Shown here: positions 7,848-12,624 of the stretch, piece by piece
Position numbering within the stretch: the stretch's first letter is position 1
Layout of the letters: the number at the start of each line of letters is the position of its first letter
Source: Candidatus Hodarchaeum mangrovi
GTDB taxonomy: Archaea; Asgardarchaeota; Heimdallarchaeia; Hodarchaeales; Hodarchaeaceae
NCBI GenBank assembly: GCA_016839515.1
Contig: JAEOUE010000035.1
Coordinates: 1-12,624 of the forward strand
DNA length: 12,624 nucleotides
Reading direction: 5' to 3'
The notes under the pieces: generated by a model
Databases searched by the model: none
Seen by the model: the letters and a program-made list of their open reading frames with translations, nothing else
What the model was told of the DNA's origin: nothing
Made by a program: the position numbers and the translations under genes

Positions 7848-8225
7848 ATGCTTGATCAAATTCTCCAGGACTTAGAAAGTAGAGATGTAGAAATAATATC
7901 CAGAGGCTTAAAATTTTATATCACATCTGACGATCTATGGAAAAATAATCAGGCCCTAGACCAAATATTCAATCTTTTATATCATGAAGAATATGCTATT
8001 CGAGATAAAACAGTAGAAGTATTAAAATTCCTAATTCAGTTTAATAGTTCATTACACGAAACTCTTGCTATACACTTGCTCAAAATAATAGGTAATTTGG
8101 AATTAAACATTGAATTATGGTTCCGTTGCCTAGAACTCTTTACACTCTTACCAAAAAAGTCATTACCAAAAGAATTCATCATTAAAATTTTGATTCGGAT
8201 GGCAATTATGTTCAAGGATTTTTGA
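7848..8225 (+). CDS. HEAT-repeat protein, N-terminal part (probably one gene with 8222..10903)
   Basis: HEAT-like units LESRDVEIISRGL and LLYHEEYAIRDKTVEVL; overlaps the next ORF, which is in the -1 frame. Confidence 0.65.
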   Translation: MLDQILQDLESRDVEIISRGLKFYITSDDLWKNNQALDQIFNLLYHEEYAIRDKTVEVLKFLIQFNSSLHETLAIHLLKIIGNLELNIELWFRCLELFTLLPKKSLPKEFIIKILIRMAIMFKDF

Positions 8226-10903
8226 CATTTTTAATTCGTGAAAAGAAAGGTTATGGTACAATTATAGAAGAATTGATTAATTATATAGAAGAAAAACAAT
8301 TAGATATAAATTCTGATGCTAAAAAGTCCTTTATTTGGCTTTTTTGGAATAACAACTCAATTATTAGTCCAAGAGTCATAGATTTAATTTGTAAATTAAG
8401 CGAAGATGAAGATCGAGAGGTAAGAAGATTATCCTGCGAAATTTTAGTACAATTTGCGAATGATTCCAGATTTTCATATGCTATTTTTGAAACATTGGAG
8501 AAAAGAATAACGGATGAATCTTGGCGTGTTCAGAGAGTGGCAATTAAATGTTTGTTACAGAGTACGCAGAATATATATCAAGAAGACGAACATTTTTGGA
8601 CTAAAGTTGTAGGTTTGTTTTGGAATACAAGTGCATTGGTTCGAAAAAATGTATGTGAAACATTGCCACTCTGGATTCCTATTACAGAGGAAAAAAATAA
8701 AATTTTCTTAGAAATGATTGAGAATGCGCTTGCTGATGAAAATTGGGAAGTTCGAGAAAGTGCAGCAATCTCTTTAAATAAATTTTTAGATTTGGATCTT
8801 CAATATAAGAATCTTATCTATCCAATTATGAATTTAACTAACGATCCACATCCAGAAGTTAGAAAAACAAGTTGTCAAATCTTAATCGATAGGGATAATG
8901 CATTTAATAACAAAAACGACCTCCTCAAAATAATTATTGAATTATTAAATGATTCAAGCTTCATTGTCAGAGAAACTGCAATAAAAGGTTTAAAAAAGCT
9001 AATACATGAAGTAAATAGTGAAAAACTCTTTGATCTAATCTTAAAAATCCTTCTAAAACTATTAATTGATAATAATATTGAAGTTCGAGCGGAAGCATGG
9101 AGTTTTCTTTATGATTTGATGGGAGTTTTCCATGATTCTCATTTTGATTTATTAATATCTTCTATAATCAATTTTCAAAATCCCCTTGATCAAGACATTC
9201 AATTAAACATTTGTTCTTTTTTAAAAAAATGTAAAAAATTCATTTTGGAAAATAATCCACCTGTTTTTCATTTTCTAAAACCAATGTTAAAAGATAATAA
9301 TGAAGAAGTACTTGAAAATAGCTGGGAAATATGTAGAACCATCTTTCCTCAAGAAACTAGGGATTATATAGTAGAAATTTTACCTAACATTCAGGAAGAA
9401 AATGAATCAACCTCTAAGTTTTTAAAAGAGGTATTTTGGGCATCACATGAACTAAATTTAATAAAAACCAATCAGAATATCTCTACAATAACCATTCAAG
9501 TTCTTGAATCAAGTAATGATCAGGAATTACAAATTATAATTCTTAAAATTCTTTATAATTACGAAGATGACTTTATTTCTCCAGAGTTAATCCATAGCAT
9601 TATAAATCAAGGACGATGGATTGTCCAAGAGGCGTGTATTCCTTATATTATTCGATATTGTACTCAAGAGGATATTAAGGATCAAATCAAAACAAAATTT
9701 CTGAGAATGATCAACGAACTCCTTCGAAATCCTATTGATAGATTTGAATCCTTAAATACAGAGAGTTTAAAGGGACAAGATACGGAATATGAAAAGCTCT
9801 TTTTACCTGATAATATTAGTAATCTAATTGATTCTTGTAATGATGATCAGAGGCTTAAAAATTGGATATTACTTGAAAGAAAATTTGATTTCCTTCAAAA
9901 GACCAGTCATCCAATTTTTACTCAATTAACAGAGGATTTTTGTATAATTTTCTTGCCAGAATTAAGAAAGTATACGAAAAAGCTCAATTTAATAGGACGA
10001 ATTGGAGAAAAGAATGATATAAAGATGCTAATGTCTATATTGCAAATAATGATTATTCAACAAGCGCAATTACGAGAAAAGCTCTTAAATGAGATAATGA
10101 TTTCCTTTGATTTAATTAATCCAAAATATAAAAGTATCCGAAAACAAATTATTGAAAACCTACTGATTGATTCAATCCTTAATATTCGGACTATTTCGTG
10201 GAAAATTGTATTGGATTTCATATTCAAGCTCGATGAAACACAGTTATTAGATAACCTTCCGCTAATTGCAGACCATCTTGATAGTCAATTTGAAGATGCT
10301 CGAATTAGAGCATTATCTATTTTATTATCGGAAATAAATATTAGAGAATCATCATATGAATGGATTTTCAATAAAGTAATTCAAAAAATAAGTGATCCTA
10401 CTTTTTTTGTAAGAAGTCAAGTCTGGAATTATTTAAGGAAGAAGATTGATATATCTTACTCCCGATATGATTTATTGAAACTCAAAATTTTGGATCTTTT
10501 AGCAGATGCAAATATTGATATCAGAAATGAAGCTTTTATTTATTTTGATGAGAAATATGGGACTTTTAATGAAATTATTAGTGAATATTCACACAAATAC
10601 GAGGTTAAACACGCTATAGCTACGGTATTAGGGCAACAAGGTAAGCATGATGAAGCATTTTCCTTTTTTAAAGAAAATATAAAAAATAATCCAAGCAAAT
10701 TAGAAAGTTGGTTGGGACTAGTCCTAATTTATCTCTCAAAAAATGAAATACAAAATGCTACTAGAATTCTAAATAAATTACAAGACAAACACCCATTAGA
10801 AATTATAATTTATGAGCTTCTAATTGAATGTGCCATTGAAGCAAATGATTTGGATTTAAAAAAAATATATGAAGAGAAAAAGAGATTGTTAGAAATCCTT
10901 TAA
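8222..10903 (+). CDS. Alpha-solenoid HEAT-repeat protein with C-terminal TPRs
   Basis: HEAT motifs LSEDEDREVR, ITDESWRVQR, LADENWEVR, TNDPHPEVR, LNDSSFIVR, LIDNNIEVR, LKDNNEEV, LIDSILNIR, LDSQFEDAR, ISDPTFFVR, LADANIDIR. TPR-like tail IATVLGQQGKHDEAFSFFKENIKNNP...SWLGLVLIYLSKNEIQNA. The nominal start is TTG and the frame is already open from 8186. Confidence 0.85.
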   Translation: MTFLIREKKGYGTIIEELINYIEEKQLDINSDAKKSFIWLFWNNNSIISPRVIDLICKLSEDEDREVRRLSCEILVQFANDSRFSYAIFETLEKRITDESWRVQRVAIKCLLQSTQNIYQEDEHFWTKVVGLFWNTSALVRKNVCETLPLWIPITEEKNKIFLEMIENALADENWEVRESAAISLNKFLDLDLQYKNLIYPIMNLTNDPHPEVRKTSCQILIDRDNAFNNKNDLLKIIIELLNDSSFIVRETAIKGLKKLIHEVNSEKLFDLILKILLKLLIDNNIEVRAEAWSFLYDLMGVFHDSHFDLLISSIINFQNPLDQDIQLNICSFLKKCKKFILENNPPVFHFLKPMLKDNNEEVLENSWEICRTIFPQETRDYIVEILPNIQEENESTSKFLKEVFWASHELNLIKTNQNISTITIQVLESSNDQELQIIILKILYNYEDDFISPELIHSIINQGRWIVQEACIPYIIRYCTQEDIKDQIKTKFLRMINELLRNPIDRFESLNTESLKGQDTEYEKLFLPDNISNLIDSCNDDQRLKNWILLERKFDFLQKTSHPIFTQLTEDFCIIFLPELRKYTKKLNLIGRIGEKNDIKMLMSILQIMIIQQAQLREKLLNEIMISFDLINPKYKSIRKQIIENLLIDSILNIRTISWKIVLDFIFKLDETQLLDNLPLIADHLDSQFEDARIRALSILLSEINIRESSYEWIFNKVIQKISDPTFFVRSQVWNYLRKKIDISYSRYDLLKLKILDLLADANIDIRNEAFIYFDEKYGTFNEIISEYSHKYEVKHAIATVLGQQGKHDEAFSFFKENIKNNPSKLESWLGLVLIYLSKNEIQNATRILNKLQDKHPLEIIIYELLIECAIEANDLDLKKIYEEKKRLLEIL

Positions 10904-10930
10904 ATTTCTTCTACTTTTCCTCTTTTATTA
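10904..10930 (+). terminator. Possible archaeal T-rich terminator at the convergent gene junction
   Basis: ATTTCTTCTACTTTTCCTCTTTTATTA directly follows TAA 10903. Only 7 nt separate the two convergent stops and there is no hairpin. Much of the tract is also explained by Lys/Glu codons of the opposite gene. Confidence 0.3.
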
Positions 10931-12623
10931 ATTCTGTGGTCTGATAGATATTTTCATAACTTAAAATTATATAACTGATGAATTCACGCAGATTCTTTAT
11001 CATTCTATTAATTTCATCCATTTCTTCCTCTTTCTTATCCATGTGAAGATGAATCTTATGAACTTCTGTTTTGATTTCATCTTTAAATGATTCAACAAGA
11101 GGGAAAAGATCCTGATGAACAAGGATATTCAATGTTATATTTTCTTGACCACCACGAGAATTAGGTCTCTCTAAGGCATAACCATATGAAAGAGAACTAA
11201 TTCTAATCCCTTGACTTAATACAAAATCATAACTTGAGGGAATCTCAACCGAAAAGTTGTCAGCAAATCCACAGCTACTAAATGAACGGTCACTCAATTC
11301 GACTAATTTTGTGAAGTTATCCTTCAATATTTCAGGAAGTACAATTATAGGAATTGGTCCATGTCGTTGATCAAAGAAGGAAACAACTATACCAATAGTA
11401 TGCAGTTCCATCGTATTACGGACTTCTGTTTCAGTTACATCGCTAATTTTATTCAATACTAATTCCTTATCAAGGCCCACAATTTCAGGTTTTCGAATGA
11501 ATTTTACATACACCACAGCTCCTATGAATATCAACACCACCATTGCACCAGCAACTAATAAAACCCATTCTGGTAGACCAGGAGGAAGATATTTTATGAT
11601 ATTACGTTCAATGCTATCAGGGTCGTCTCGTTGGACATCCCAAGCTGTTGGGTTACTATTTCCAGCACTATCTAAGGTTGCAATACGGTAAATGACTTTC
11701 CAATCAGTTCCATTGGCATCAAAAGGTATAGTAACAGAATAAAGGGATGAGAGAGCAGAGGAGTTAAGAAGGCTCATAAAAACGCTGTATTCTGACTGCG
11801 AAAATGAGGCTCCCAATCCTGCTGGAGCAGCAGCGGATACTTCCTCAAAGTAGTAATACAAAGACACTTCACTGATCGCACTCCCATATTCCTGTAGCTC
11901 AGCATAAAAAGTAATACTGGTAGCGTTATAGATGAAATCAACACCTTTTACACGAGGAGCTACCGCATCTGTGATGGTAAAATTAAAGGTAAATGTCTGG
12001 TAGATCTCAAAAGTTTGATCATAATCAACTTGAGTGATGATTTTTATGTCAGCGATAATTAAACGGTTTAAAAGATCCTGGAACTGGGTAGGAGTGAGCT
12101 GATAATCAAGAGTCCATGTATTAGTCCCCTGGACTTCTTCCGCATATTTAGTACCTCCAATCGTATCATTGAATGAGTATTCAACAGCATAGATGGAATG
12201 GTAAGTGTCATTCACGGTTATAACAAAGGTATAATGGCCTTCCACATCTTCTTCGATTGTAATAATTTCTGATGCTAATGTACTGAGGGAGGGACGACTT
12301 TCAATGGAAATGATTGATGAATTCAGATGTGCCCAGGTGTATGTCCCATCAAAGGGGATGATTGAACAATACCACTTCTGACCTGGAAGGGTTGCCTCGG
12401 ATGGAATGACAGATTGGTTTTCAAATTCTACAGCTTCAAGCCAGGTGTTAGTGCCCTGATCGGTAAACCAGCGGATAGAGGCATTCGAGACGTCTCTGAT
12501 AGTATTAAAGTAGTAATTAATGGATAGATTTTCATCCTCGACATAAAATTCATCCACACGAATGTTAGGATCAACCTGACCTGTGAGATCAAAGCAATAC
12601 TCAATAGTGAGCTTTTTCGTGAA
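10911..12623 (-). CDS. Paralogue of the 2138-aa membrane protein (last repeat, two Ig-like domains, TM, longin/uDENN-like tail); 5'-truncated by the window edge
   Basis: The frame stays open past the GTG at 12557 to the edge (FTKKLTIEYCFDLTGQVDPNIR|VDEF...). Collinear with the C-terminal part of ORF 390..6806: IESRP/IESQP, EGHYTF, WTLDYQL, DAVAPRV/DEVAPRI, GLPEW-TM-FIRKPEI, FDQRHGP (11355-11375), SRGG (Arg codon 11154-11156), TTELIKE. Confidence 0.9.
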   Translation of the reverse strand, partial: FTKKLTIEYCFDLTGQVDPNIRVDEFYVEDENLSINYYFNTIRDVSNASIRWFTDQGTNTWLEAVEFENQSVIPSEATLPGQKWYCSIIPFDGTYTWAHLNSSIISIESRPSLSTLASEIITIEEDVEGHYTFVITVNDTYHSIYAVEYSFNDTIGGTKYAEEVQGTNTWTLDYQLTPTQFQDLLNRLIIADIKIITQVDYDQTFEIYQTFTFNFTITDAVAPRVKGVDFIYNATSITFYAELQEYGSAISEVSLYYYFEEVSAAAPAGLGASFSQSEYSVFMSLLNSSALSSLYSVTIPFDANGTDWKVIYRIATLDSAGNSNPTAWDVQRDDPDSIERNIIKYLPPGLPEWVLLVAGAMVVLIFIGAVVYVKFIRKPEIVGLDKELVLNKISDVTETEVRNTMELHTIGIVVSFFDQRHGPIPIIVLPEILKDNFTKLVELSDRSFSSCGFADNFSVEIPSSYDFVLSQGIRISSLSYGYALERPNSRGGQENITLNILVHQDLFPLVESFKDEIKTEVHKIHLHMDKKEEEMDEINRMIKNLREFISYIILSYENIYQTTELIKEEK

Positions 12624-12624
12624 G

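Noticed and set aside
8222-10903. Calling the HEAT protein a Raptor, TOR or PP2A-A orthologue
   Set aside because: No caspase-like, WD40 or kinase domain is present, and HEAT motif similarity alone cannot establish orthology.
11497-11691. 64-aa plus-strand ORF
   Set aside because: Antisense to the TM region of the minus-strand paralogue; its Thr/Asn content mirrors the hydrophobic codons opposite.
12555-12557. GTG start given for the 548-aa ORF
   Set aside because: The frame is open to the window edge, the position falls mid-repeat by homology to repeat 11, and no signal peptide follows; the gene is truncated.
1-12624. tRNA/rRNA genes, transposases, integrases
   Set aside because: The window is almost fully protein-coding, with intergenic gaps of 42, 86, 4 and 7 nt, and no such motifs were seen.

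Overview
AT-rich window of five to six genes that looks like an Asgard archaeon; this assignment is inferred from the mix of Rag-type GTPase, roadblock, longin-like and HEAT/TPR domains and from the many N-glycosylation sequons. On the + strand: (1) the 3' end of a roadblock/LC7-domain gene missing from the ORF track (<3..347); (2) a 2138-aa single-pass surface protein with 11 tandem ~97-aa cadherin/Ig-like repeats, one TM helix and a ~190-aa cytoplasmic longin/uDENN-like domain; (3) a Rag/Gtr-family GTPase with a C-terminal roadblock-like domain; (4) a HEAT-repeat + TPR protein split into two ORFs by a -1 frame change. Converging on the - strand is (5) a 5'-truncated paralogue of the surface protein. 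The main observation is that both cytoplasmic tails carry FDxRxGPxP and [AS]RGG motifs matching the longin domains of the eukaryotic GAPs folliculin and SMCR8, including the arginine-finger position. This suggests a module in which an adhesin-like receptor acts directly as a GAP on a Rag GTPase. All calls come from reading motifs by eye; no database search was run, so novelty is unverified.
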